Shown piece after piece: positions 1 to 7,224 of a stretch of 46,394 bases of DNA. A program made the position numbers and the translations under genes. Location of the stretch: the UHGV virus genome UHGV-0390997, one strand, 5' to 3'. This stretch comes from a virus. How positions within the stretch are numbered: position 1 is the first letter of the stretch; the number at the start of each line of letters is the position of its first letter. The notes under the pieces are model-generated. The model had not been told where the DNA came from. It did no database searches and was given only the letters and a program-made list of their open reading frames with translations.

Positions 1-860
1 TCGGCGTCTGGTCCCATTCCCTCCGCCTCGCCGGATGGCCTGACGATCGCCCGGTCTGGACTGGTTCCTGCCCGTGCCAGCCTTTCAGCCCGGCAGGCAA
101 AGGAGATGGATTTGCTGACGAGCGGCACCTTTGGCCCCAGTTCTTCCACCTCATCAGCGAGCGCAGACCTCAGCATGTCTTTGGCGAACAGGTTGCAGCA
201 GGTAACGCAAACGTATGGTTCGACCTTGTACAAGCTGACCTGGAAGGAATGGGATACGCCTTCGGGCTTGTGCCGTTTACGTCAGCGGGCATCGGCGCGC
301 CGCACATCAGAGAGCGAGCTTACTGGGTGGCCAACGCCGACAGCGTCATCAGTGACCGGCGCGGGAACGTCCGGGCGCCAGGGCGGGATGAATATTCAAA
401 CGGCGGCGATGATGTCCGGCTGGCCGACGCCGGTGGCGAATACAAAGGATCAGCCAGAAACAAAGAGGGGGATGGAGAATCTTGCCGGGCTGGTAAAGAT
501 GGCGGGCTGGGTAACGCCAATGTCGCGCGACTGGAAGGACTCGGCGGGAATGACTGCGCAGCGGGACGGGAAAGAGCGACTGGACCAACTGCCGCGCCAG
601 GCGTTCACCTGTTGCCCCTTGAGGTTAACGGTTTTTGGCGAGATGCGGACTGGCTCTTATGTCGAGATGGCAAATGGCGTCCAGTTGAACCCGGCACATT
701 CCCGCTGGTTGATGGGGCTGCCGCACGCATGGGACGAGTCGAGCCCGGGGTGGCAAGAGTGGCAAGCGGCAACCGCGTCGGACGCCTGAAAGGGTACGGC
801 AACGCCATAAACGCCCAGGCCGCTGCGGCTTTCATTCGCGCTTATATGGGGGTCGCATGA
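1..860 (+). CDS. DNA (cytosine-5)-methyltransferase, C-terminal part (5' end lies before the window); the coding frame appears to switch twice
   Basis: Frame 3 (3..~345) carries motif IV CPCQPFSPAG, motif VI-like FGEQV and motif VIII PHIRERAYWVA. Frame 1 (~322..789) carries three GW(P/V)TP repeats and a motif IX-like LNPAHSRWLMGLP. Frame 3 (~775..860) carries motif X YGNAINAQAAAAFIRAY at the C-terminus. Confidence 0.6.
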   Translation, partial: GVWSHSLRLAGWPDDRPVWTGSCPCQPFSPAGKGDGFADERHLWPQFFHLISERRPQHVFGEQVAAGNANVWFDLVQADLEGMGYAFGLVPFTSAGIGAPHIRERAYWVANADSVISDRRGNVRAPGRDEYSNGGDDVRLADAGGEYKGSARNKEGDGESCRAGKDGGLGNANVARLEGLGGNDCAAGRERATGPTAAPGVHLLPLEVNGFWRDADWLLCRDGKWRPVEPGTFPLVDGAAARMGRVEPGVARVASGNRVGRLKGYGNAINAQAAAAFIRAYMGVA

Positions 861-1078
861 CGCCTGAAGAAAAAGAAAACGCTCTCCGTGCCCAGGCTCG
901 TCGCTGCGCAGAAGAGCTAACCAAAGCGATGAGCGTAAAGCCTAAACCGAAGTGGAACGCTGTATGCCCCCCCATCCTTCGCAAGCACTACGAGAAGGTA
1001 AAGCCGATGGGTGTCAGCTTAGTCAAATTTGTCAGTGTTATTGGCCGCATGAATGGGCGGTATGGAGTGGAATCATGA
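857..1078 (+). CDS. hypothetical early protein (73 aa)
   Basis: ORF with upstream GGGGG RBS; tightly packed in the PL-operon direction. Confidence 0.4.
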   Translation: MTPEEKENALRAQARRCAEELTKAMSVKPKPKWNAVCPPILRKHYEKVKPMGVSLVKFVSVIGRMNGRYGVES

Positions 1079-1590
1079 GCTATTCAACAGTAATTAAAGT
1101 CTGGCCCGGCGAAAAGCAGGAAGAAGATGAAGAGCTTCGCAATGGCTGGGGCAGCGGCCCAGTGATTTGGGACGACATGGCAATGCGTTATCTCGCGCTG
1201 CCCAAACACGCCTATATGTCAAAAATTGACGACCTTTGGCCTCTCGCTAACCGCCTCGATATCCCATATCACCATCGCGCAGTCCTTGCTATGACATATG
1301 ACCGCATGTATGTGAAAGCTGAGCATTACAAGCTGGCTGCTGACTGCATCCGCAAATATCTAAACGACTTTCCGGTGAATGAGAAATACGTAAATCACTG
1401 GCCGCGTATCGCTGAAATTTTTGAAAGCTGCCCCGACTGTCCGGCGATTGGTCTTTGGCTAACTTCAGTATGCGAAAACCCATTTATGGGGTTGTGGGAT
1501 GAAGAATTGCAAGATTACGGGCAGCCAGATTGGTCACGCTATTGGAGCCTGTTTGATGATCTGGAAGTGGGTGAAGGCGGTGCAGCATGA
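1075..1590 (+). CDS. hypothetical early protein (171 aa), ATGA-coupled to the preceding gene
   Basis: ORF starting MSYSTVIKVW with an ATGA overlap; ends with the EGGAA* junction repeat. Confidence 0.5.
   Translation: MSYSTVIKVWPGEKQEEDEELRNGWGSGPVIWDDMAMRYLALPKHAYMSKIDDLWPLANRLDIPYHHRAVLAMTYDRMYVKAEHYKLAADCIRKYLNDFPVNEKYVNHWPRIAEIFESCPDCPAIGLWLTSVCENPFMGLWDEELQDYGQPDWSRYWSLFDDLEVGEGGAA
1573..1590 (+). repeat. 18-nt gene-junction repeat GAAGGCGGTGCAGCATGA (copy 1)
   Basis: Identical to 1761..1778; encodes EGGAA*, an SD-like GAAGGCGG and an overlapping ATG. Confidence 0.85.
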
Positions 1591-1778
1591 ACAGAGCCTC
1601 TCCCGTTGATTTAAGGAAATGCCTTGAGGCCGCACATGGCCTCGCTCATATCGGCATCCGGTTTGTGCCGATCCCGGTAGCGACAGAGGAAGAATTCCAG
1701 GCACTGTCTGCCGAGCTTTCACGAAAGCTTGAGCGGATGGCGGTTGAAGCGGAAAAAAGCGAAGGCGGTGCAGCATGA
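1587..1778 (+). CDS. hypothetical protein (63 aa)
   Basis: ATGA-coupled ORF; its C-terminus carries the same 18-nt junction repeat as the preceding gene. Confidence 0.4.
   Translation: MNRASPVDLRKCLEAAHGLAHIGIRFVPIPVATEEEFQALSAELSRKLERMAVEAEKSEGGAA
1761..1778 (+). repeat. 18-nt gene-junction repeat (copy 2)
   Basis: Identical to copy 1. Confidence 0.85.
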
Positions 1779-2002
1779 CCAAATACGCAAATCTTGATAA
1801 CGCGATAATGAGCAAGCTTAGCGAGACGCCCTCTCCGTTCAATCGTTTGTTCGTTGGTGATGTTGGGGCTGAGTGCTGCGAAATAGTTCAGGAGGAAGGC
1901 GGCAAAAAAGAACCTTTCCGTATTCTCGACCGCCGACTGCAAACCCTTCGCAAGCTTGGCGTCATCAGTTATGTGACTGGCAAAGGGTGGATTAAAACAT
2001 GA
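1775..2002 (+). CDS. hypothetical protein (75 aa)
   Basis: ATGA-coupled ORF in the operon. Confidence 0.4.
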   Translation: MTKYANLDNAIMSKLSETPSPFNRLFVGDVGAECCEIVQEEGGKKEPFRILDRRLQTLRKLGVISYVTGKGWIKT

Positions 2003-2217
2003 GCGCTGAGATTATCGATCAGGCCAACGAACTGGCAGAGCGCCGGCTGGAACTGACCATCCAGAACATGCGGATCAACCATGCGGCTGTTTCGGCTACT
2101 CACTGCTGCGATTGCGGGGAAGAGATACCCGAGCGGCGCCGGGAACTGGTGGCGGGCTGTCAGCGCTGCGCTGACTGTCAGGAAGAAGAGGAATTGCGCG
2201 GTAAGCATCGGAGGTGA
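1999..2217 (+). CDS. TraR/DksA-family C4 zinc-finger protein
   Basis: C-x2-C-x17-C-x2-C motif (CCDCGEEIP...CQRCADC), 72 aa, typical phage TraR homolog position upstream of xis. Confidence 0.7.
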   Translation: MSAEIIDQANELAERRLELTIQNMRINHAAVSATHCCDCGEEIPERRRELVAGCQRCADCQEEEELRGKHRR

Positions 2218-2218
2218 T

Positions 2219-2554
2219 ATGGCGTCAGACAAACCGATAACAGCTCAGCAGGCCGCCGACTTACTCATCGTGTCGGCGCGGGTAATCTACCGCCTGATTG
2301 AGTCAGGAGAACTCGCCGGCCGCAAGGTCGGCAACAAGTACAGAACGACCGAAGCGGCATGTATTGCGTATTTGTCATCCCCGCAGGAAACTAAACAAGC
2401 GAACGCGGGTGAGCATAAAGGAGATATTTTATGTCCATCACCCTCAGAGGCGGCATGTGGCACTGTCATTTCTTTACGCCGTCAGGGAAAAGAGTTAGGC
2501 GATCTCTTGGTACGGGGGACAAAAAGCAGGCGCAGGAGCTCCACGATAAGCTAA
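2219..2554 (+). CDS. xis: excisionase (HTH_17/AlpA-like DNA-binding protein)
   Basis: Start [32 protein letters not shown] with a GGAGGTGA RBS. It overlaps the 5' end of int, as lambda xis does. Confidence 0.65.
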   Translation: MASDKPITAQQAADLLIVSARVIYRLIESGELAGRKVGNKYRTTEAACIAYLSSPQETKQANAGEHKGDILCPSPSEAACGTVISLRRQGKELGDLLVRGTKSRRRSSTIS

Positions 2555-3594
2555 AGGCTGAAGCATGGCGGGTTGACCAGATCGGCGACCTGCCTGTCAG
2601 AACCTTCGAAGAGTGCTGTATCCGGTGGCTGCGGGAGAAAGACCATAAGCGGTCGCTGGATGATGACAAAACCAAAATAGAGTTTTGGCTGCAGCATTTT
2701 TCCGGCCGCGACGTTTCGAAAATAACGGCGGAGGAAATTCACGAAGCCGTTAACGGGATGATCAACCGTAAGCACCTGCAGGTGTGGGAGAGTAAGCGCG
2801 ATGCCGCGTTGCGTAAGGGTAAGCCGGTTCCGGAGTACAAACCACGGCAGGTTTCTCAGGCGACGAAGGCGCAACACCTTTCTTTCATTCGATCCCTTCT
2901 CAGGGCCGCGGCGAATGACTGGGGCTGGATAAAAACGGCCCCAGTTATCAAAACCCGCAAGCCAATCAGTAAGCGGATACGGTGGCTGACCAGAGAAGAA
3001 GCTGAACGGTTGATCGAGTGCATGCCAGAGAGCATTAAGCCAGTAGTGATATTTGCACTGGCAACCGGCCTGCGCCGCTCAAACATCATCGGGCTTGAGT
3101 GGCAGCAGGTCGATATGCAGAGAAAGGTTGCATGGGTAAATCCGGAGAACGCAAAAGCGGGCAAGGCGATTGGCGTAGCTCTGAATGATACCGCATGCAG
3201 GGTATTAAGGGATCAGATAGGGAAGCATTCCCGGTGGGTGTTCGTTCACACCACGGCAAAACATCGACCGGATGGAACGCTGACGCCCGCGGTGAGAAAA
3301 ATGCGGGTGGATGACAATAACGCCTGGCGCGCCGGACTGAAAAAAGCGGGGATAGAGGATTTCCGTTTTCACGACCTCCGGCACACCTGGGCGAGCTGGT
3401 TAATCCAGTCCGGCGTCCCGCTTTCTGTTTTACAGGAAATGGGCGGATGGGAGAGCATCGAGATGGTGCGCCGATATGCTCACCTGGCACCGAACCATTT
3501 GACCGAGCACGCACGGAAAATTGACGCCATTTTTGGCGCTAGCGACACAAATACGACACAAGGGGGAAATCAGGCTGGACTAAAACTTGCGTAA
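2431..3594 (+). CDS. int: tyrosine integrase
   Basis: C-terminal catalytic motif [42 protein letters not shown] (R..HxxR..Y). Ends 16 nt before the attP core. Confidence 0.95.
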   Translation: MSITLRGGMWHCHFFTPSGKRVRRSLGTGDKKQAQELHDKLKAEAWRVDQIGDLPVRTFEECCIRWLREKDHKRSLDDDKTKIEFWLQHFSGRDVSKITAEEIHEAVNGMINRKHLQVWESKRDAALRKGKPVPEYKPRQVSQATKAQHLSFIRSLLRAAANDWGWIKTAPVIKTRKPISKRIRWLTREEAERLIECMPESIKPVVIFALATGLRRSNIIGLEWQQVDMQRKVAWVNPENAKAGKAIGVALNDTACRVLRDQIGKHSRWVFVHTTAKHRPDGTLTPAVRKMRVDDNNAWRAGLKKAGIEDFRFHDLRHTWASWLIQSGVPLSVLQEMGGWESIEMVRRYAHLAPNHLTEHARKIDAIFGASDTNTTQGGNQAGLKLA

Positions 3595-3609
3595 GTGATT
3601 GTTTCTTAA

Positions 3610-3654
3610 TGGTACGCCCTACAGGGTTCGAACCTGTGACCTACGGCTTAGAAG
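3610..3654 (-). other. attP core: 3' ~45 nt of a tRNA-Arg(UCU) gene (anticodon loop CTTCTAAG through TΨC arm and acceptor 3' end with CCA); no 5' half present
   Basis: The reverse complement reads CTTCTAAGCCGTAGGTCACAGGTTCGAACCCTGTAGGGCGTACCA. The upstream sequence cannot pair as the 5' acceptor or anticodon stem, so this is a partial tRNA, as expected for a phage attachment core. Confidence 0.75.
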
Positions 3655-3788
3655 AAAGTAGAGCGTTAAATAACACACTGTAAACACATATGTTTTCCGC
3701 GTTCGCATCCGGTTTTGTGTCGTTACGTGTCGTTGTGTGACTTCCTTGTCCTTATCGCGCTATTCAGTTACGCCACAAATGCGACACA

Positions 3789-4115
3789 TCAAACAGGACT
3801 GGCATCCTGCCTCAAATCGTTAATCGCGTGCGTTGCGACTCCTAGTACTTCCACGTCTTCCAGCGCCTCACCTTCGATGCTCTCGCCTTCGGCTGTGATA
3901 AAAGAGCTGCCCATCAATTTTGCAAACTGCAGTTCGCCAGCCAGGCGGATAAGCAGGACGCTTCCTTGCGTCACTTTTAACGACAGATCGAGGACCACAA
4001 ATCCGCGATCAGTCTCTATAACCTGAGAGTTCGCGCCAATGTTGCACGCAGCCGTAACAGTCAGAGCAGACTCAACGTAGTCGGCAGCAGGTGAAGGAAA
4101 ATAGCTGGCAGTCAT
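3789..4115 (-). CDS. hypothetical protein (108 aa from MTASYFPS), translationally coupled to the upstream gene
   Basis: TAATG stop/start overlap at 4115; no recognisable family. Confidence 0.4.
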   Translation of the reverse strand: MTASYFPSPAADYVESALTVTAACNIGANSQVIETDRGFVVLDLSLKVTQGSVLLIRLAGELQFAKLMGSSFITAEGESIEGEALEDVEVLGVATHAINDLRQDASPV

Positions 4116-4375
4116 TACATCACCCTCCCCATGTTGCGGAGAATCCATAATCTATTCTCGGTATGATCCGGCGTTTTGTCAGCGAAGCAAGACTGATAGC
4201 GCTCTATCCACCGGTTAGCCTCGGAATAAGATAAGTGAATTCCTCGACACACAAGAGAAGACACAAAATCGCGAGTGTGCAGGTACTGGTAGCCTTTCGA
4301 GTTCCGAAGAATCGATCCCCTAAAGGCTTGATTGATGTCTGACTGTCTGAGCATGATCTGCCCTCCTATAAACAC
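4115..4375 (-). CDS. hypothetical small protein (b-region cargo), first gene of a 2-gene unit
   Basis: ORF in the AT-rich region between attP and the tailspike gene; its stop overlaps the next start (TAATG). Confidence 0.4.
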   Translation of the reverse strand: MFIGGQIMLRQSDINQAFRGSILRNSKGYQYLHTRDFVSSLVCRGIHLSYSEANRWIERYQSCFADKTPDHTENRLWILRNMGRVM

Positions 4376-4612
4376 TGTTTATGCATACAGTAGTTTTATT
4401 TGAAGGGAAGATCAAGAGAGACTGCAGGTATCAATACTCGCAACAGAAAATGTCACTGATTCATATGACTTTATTAGAATTCAGCCAATGAATTCCATCT
4501 GTTGAAGTATTGGCTACGGCACTGGAGTATTCGGTATAGTTGCTGATATCTTTTTCGTATTGTGTTATAGGTGAAATGGCACTTTTACCACAAAGAAAAA
4601 TCAGGAGTTTTC

Positions 4613-4885
4613 ATGTCATTTACAATTAAAGTTACCACAGCGCAAAGAACGTCATTCCCCTTATTCAACGTCACCTTAGGTGAGCAAAGCAAACCAATAG
4701 ATGTCTTAATCGATGTTCTTAATATTGTTTCGCTTGGGAGAGATAACCATGGGACTGTGGAATGCATTGCAACTATTGATGGTATTTCTGGAGGTGTGAT
4801 AGTTTATCCGTTTGTTTACTCTGGAACTGGTCACCCACTGGATGACGCTGAAGAGCAAGTAAAGGCTATGTTAACGACAAAATAA
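4613..4885 (+). CDS. hypothetical protein (90 aa), AT-rich cargo
   Basis: AGGAG RBS 7 nt upstream of ATG (MSFTIKV...); low GC. Confidence 0.4.
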   Translation: MSFTIKVTTAQRTSFPLFNVTLGEQSKPIDVLIDVLNIVSLGRDNHGTVECIATIDGISGGVIVYPFVYSGTGHPLDDAEEQVKAMLTTK

Positions 4886-4917
4886 ATAACCCCCGCCGAG
4901 ATGGCAGGGTAGCGTTC

Positions 4918-5181
4918 TTAATCAATTATTGAGAAATTGCTCAAGTATGTTTCTTTAGCCAAAGAAAAAACATCGTCAGGGTCTCCACTGAGAGTTCCTA
5001 CGTTAAAATCGAATATTTTATTTTCCTTGTCTTCTCCATCATAAATTCCGATAGCACTAATATAAAGATCTCCATCTTTCACGGTATCATCTATGTAGGC
5101 AAAACACCCTACCTTCGATTCGCCATAGCGAGAGCTCGTCGATATGTAATCACCTTTCATGTAAGTCATAGTGTTCCCCAA
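4918..5181 (-). CDS. hypothetical protein (87 aa), AT-rich
   Basis: ORF convergent with 4613..4885; overlaps the tailspike gene 3' end by 16 nt. Confidence 0.3.
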   Translation of the reverse strand: MGNTMTYMKGDYISTSSRYGESKVGCFAYIDDTVKDGDLYISAIGIYDGEDKENKIFDFNVGTLSGDPDDVFSLAKETYLSNFSIID

Positions 5182-7136
5182 GCAGCTCTGAAGATGGAAT
5201 ATGCGTATGCGCTATTTAAATAAGATGTGTAGTCTCCGGCAATATAGTCCTGACTGGTAACATCCCATTTCCTGACGACAGCATAAGATGATGTGACGCT
5301 GTGAACAGAGTAGTAATTTCCGTTAATCAGCATAAACTCACCCGCTGCTACAAGCGCACTGCTCATAGCAATAACAGTCTCACCCGCCACGATGGAGTTA
5401 TAGAGTGAATAGGCTGGTCCCCAGCCACTGTTCGATGGAAGGTTGCCAGTAGCCCGAATAAAGTTATCTTCACCTGTCGTCGCGGCGTACATCATATATG
5501 GCGCAGAGAATGAGCAACGGTAGTACCGGGTATTGTTCGCAGATGGCCAGTTGCGAGGTGTGGTGTTGTAAGGTATCCCGTCCGTCTGAACGCCGTTGTA
5601 GACCTGCTGCGCCATTCGGGTGTAGACACAGCCGTTTGAGGTTTTAGGTACGTAGAGGAAGCACCGACCGATGTTTTCGTGATTATTTACCCCAATATCA
5701 ACGTAAATCATGCCTCCGGTTGTTACAAAGGAATCGATGCAGTTTTTTAACGTATTGTTGTATACGCGCGTATAACCTACAGCATTTTTCCAGCGGATAC
5801 CCTGGCTGGTAGTGATGTCTTTACCAGTAATCGTGCACCCCGTAACTGAACAGTTATACGCCGCTGTATTTATCCGGTTAAAGAAAACTCCCGAGTTTGG
5901 AAACCCAAAGATGACACAGGCGGAAATAGTGGCGTTTCCGCAGGATTCGATAAAGATTCCAACGGAAATATCACCCACCGTACAATTGGCTATAACAACA
6001 TTTTCCGCGATACCCTGACCGGTCTCATCGGTTACATTACCAAAGATATCAATGCCGTTATCACCGCAGGAAGTTACGGTACATCCCGTAATGGTCATCC
6101 CGTTGGGACGCTCACACTGAATGCCGATATAGCCTACATTATGCACATAGCAGTTTAATATCCGTGAGTTAGAACACCCGTAAACTTCATTATTTGCACG
6201 CCGCAGATAAATGCCGCCAGATGTACTGTCAAACGCCTTAACGTTATCAATAGTGACATTATCCGAGTCCACGATATTAATGCAGGTAATCCCCGTTCCG
6301 GCAGCGGTGCCACGGCTACCGTTAAGCGTGATCCCCTGAATCTTGCAGTTATCGGCAGCGCCTTCCCAGTTAGTGATGATTGCACCACTGGATGAGCCGG
6401 TAAAACTGCCATCAAGAGTGATTGATCCGCCGCCCATAAGGGTAACACCACTGCGCATGCACAGCGCGCCACGGCCCGCAGCAACCTCACCGGGGATCAA
6501 AGTTGAATCCGGATTGAGAGTGACAGTGAACTCACCACCAATGAGAATATTAGTCGGACCGCTCCCTGCAAGATAATTCTGGTTAGCCTGGTCAATGGAT
6601 GCCTGAATCGCCTTCCGCCAGTCGTTCCCTTCAGCGAGATACGAATACATTTCGACGGTCAGAAAGCTCAGGCCGCCAATCAGTTTTGCTCCATCGCCTG
6701 AACCCAGGTTTTGGCGAAGCGTGTCGCCATCCATCAGAACGAAGTGGGCAATATCATTCGCAAAACTGGTTGCATCGGTTCCGGTGGTCGTAAAACCGAC
6801 GTCAGTGGCAGCATTAAGGCGGTAATACTGATTATCGTAGCGAATATACTGATTGCGGGCGCTGAACTGAAATGGTCCGTCTTCATAGTCGCCAAGAAAT
6901 ACATAACCTGATGAAAGGAGGAACTGCTGGAAGCGAGCCTCTTTATCAGCCTGAGCTGCATTGAACTGATTATTTCGCCCTGTATTGGTCAGGCGCTTTA
7001 CACCAAGGCGATCAGTGTAATATTCGCCAGAACCGGTTACTTCCTCGTCAAGCTTCGCGCCTGCAAATACCGCATTACGGATATCTGTGCTTGGTACCGG
7101 AACTTGCGTCGGTGTCGGGAGTGGAACTTCTGCCAT
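5166..7136 (-). CDS. tailspike with right-handed parallel beta-helix (pectate-lyase-like) fold, probable capsule/O-antigen depolymerase
   Basis: Conserved N-terminal anchor MAEVPLPTPTQVPVPSTDIRNAVFAGAKLDE. Long central region rich in N/G/T/S beta-helix rungs (ITLNGSR, NCTVGDISVGIF, NATISACVIFGFPNSGVFFN). Confidence 0.8.
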   Translation of the reverse strand: MAEVPLPTPTQVPVPSTDIRNAVFAGAKLDEEVTGSGEYYTDRLGVKRLTNTGRNNQFNAAQADKEARFQQFLLSSGYVFLGDYEDGPFQFSARNQYIRYDNQYYRLNAATDVGFTTTGTDATSFANDIAHFVLMDGDTLRQNLGSGDGAKLIGGLSFLTVEMYSYLAEGNDWRKAIQASIDQANQNYLAGSGPTNILIGGEFTVTLNPDSTLIPGEVAAGRGALCMRSGVTLMGGGSITLDGSFTGSSSGAIITNWEGAADNCKIQGITLNGSRGTAAGTGITCINIVDSDNVTIDNVKAFDSTSGGIYLRRANNEVYGCSNSRILNCYVHNVGYIGIQCERPNGMTITGCTVTSCGDNGIDIFGNVTDETGQGIAENVVIANCTVGDISVGIFIESCGNATISACVIFGFPNSGVFFNRINTAAYNCSVTGCTITGKDITTSQGIRWKNAVGYTRVYNNTLKNCIDSFVTTGGMIYVDIGVNNHENIGRCFLYVPKTSNGCVYTRMAQQVYNGVQTDGIPYNTTPRNWPSANNTRYYRCSFSAPYMMYAATTGEDNFIRATGNLPSNSGWGPAYSLYNSIVAGETVIAMSSALVAAGEFMLINGNYYSVHSVTSSYAVVRKWDVTSQDYIAGDYTSYLNSAYAYSIFRAAWGTL

Positions 7137-7224
7137 TGTGCATGTCGCCCTATGTAAAAGGCGCACGAACCCCTCAGAAATTAACCTGATGTTGTGCGCG
7201 AAGGTTGGTAATTACTGCTGTGTG

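Noticed and set aside
249-860. Frame-3 ORF 249..860 as an independent gene overlapping 106..789
   Set aside because: Both frames carry C5-MTase motifs in different segments, so this is interpreted as one methyltransferase gene with frame interruptions rather than two overlapping genes.
3596-3700. Complete tRNA gene next to int
   Set aside because: Only the 3' ~45 nt (anticodon loop to CCA) match a tRNA-Arg(UCU). The upstream sequence cannot form the acceptor 5' strand, D arm or anticodon stem, so this is an attP core rather than a tRNA gene.
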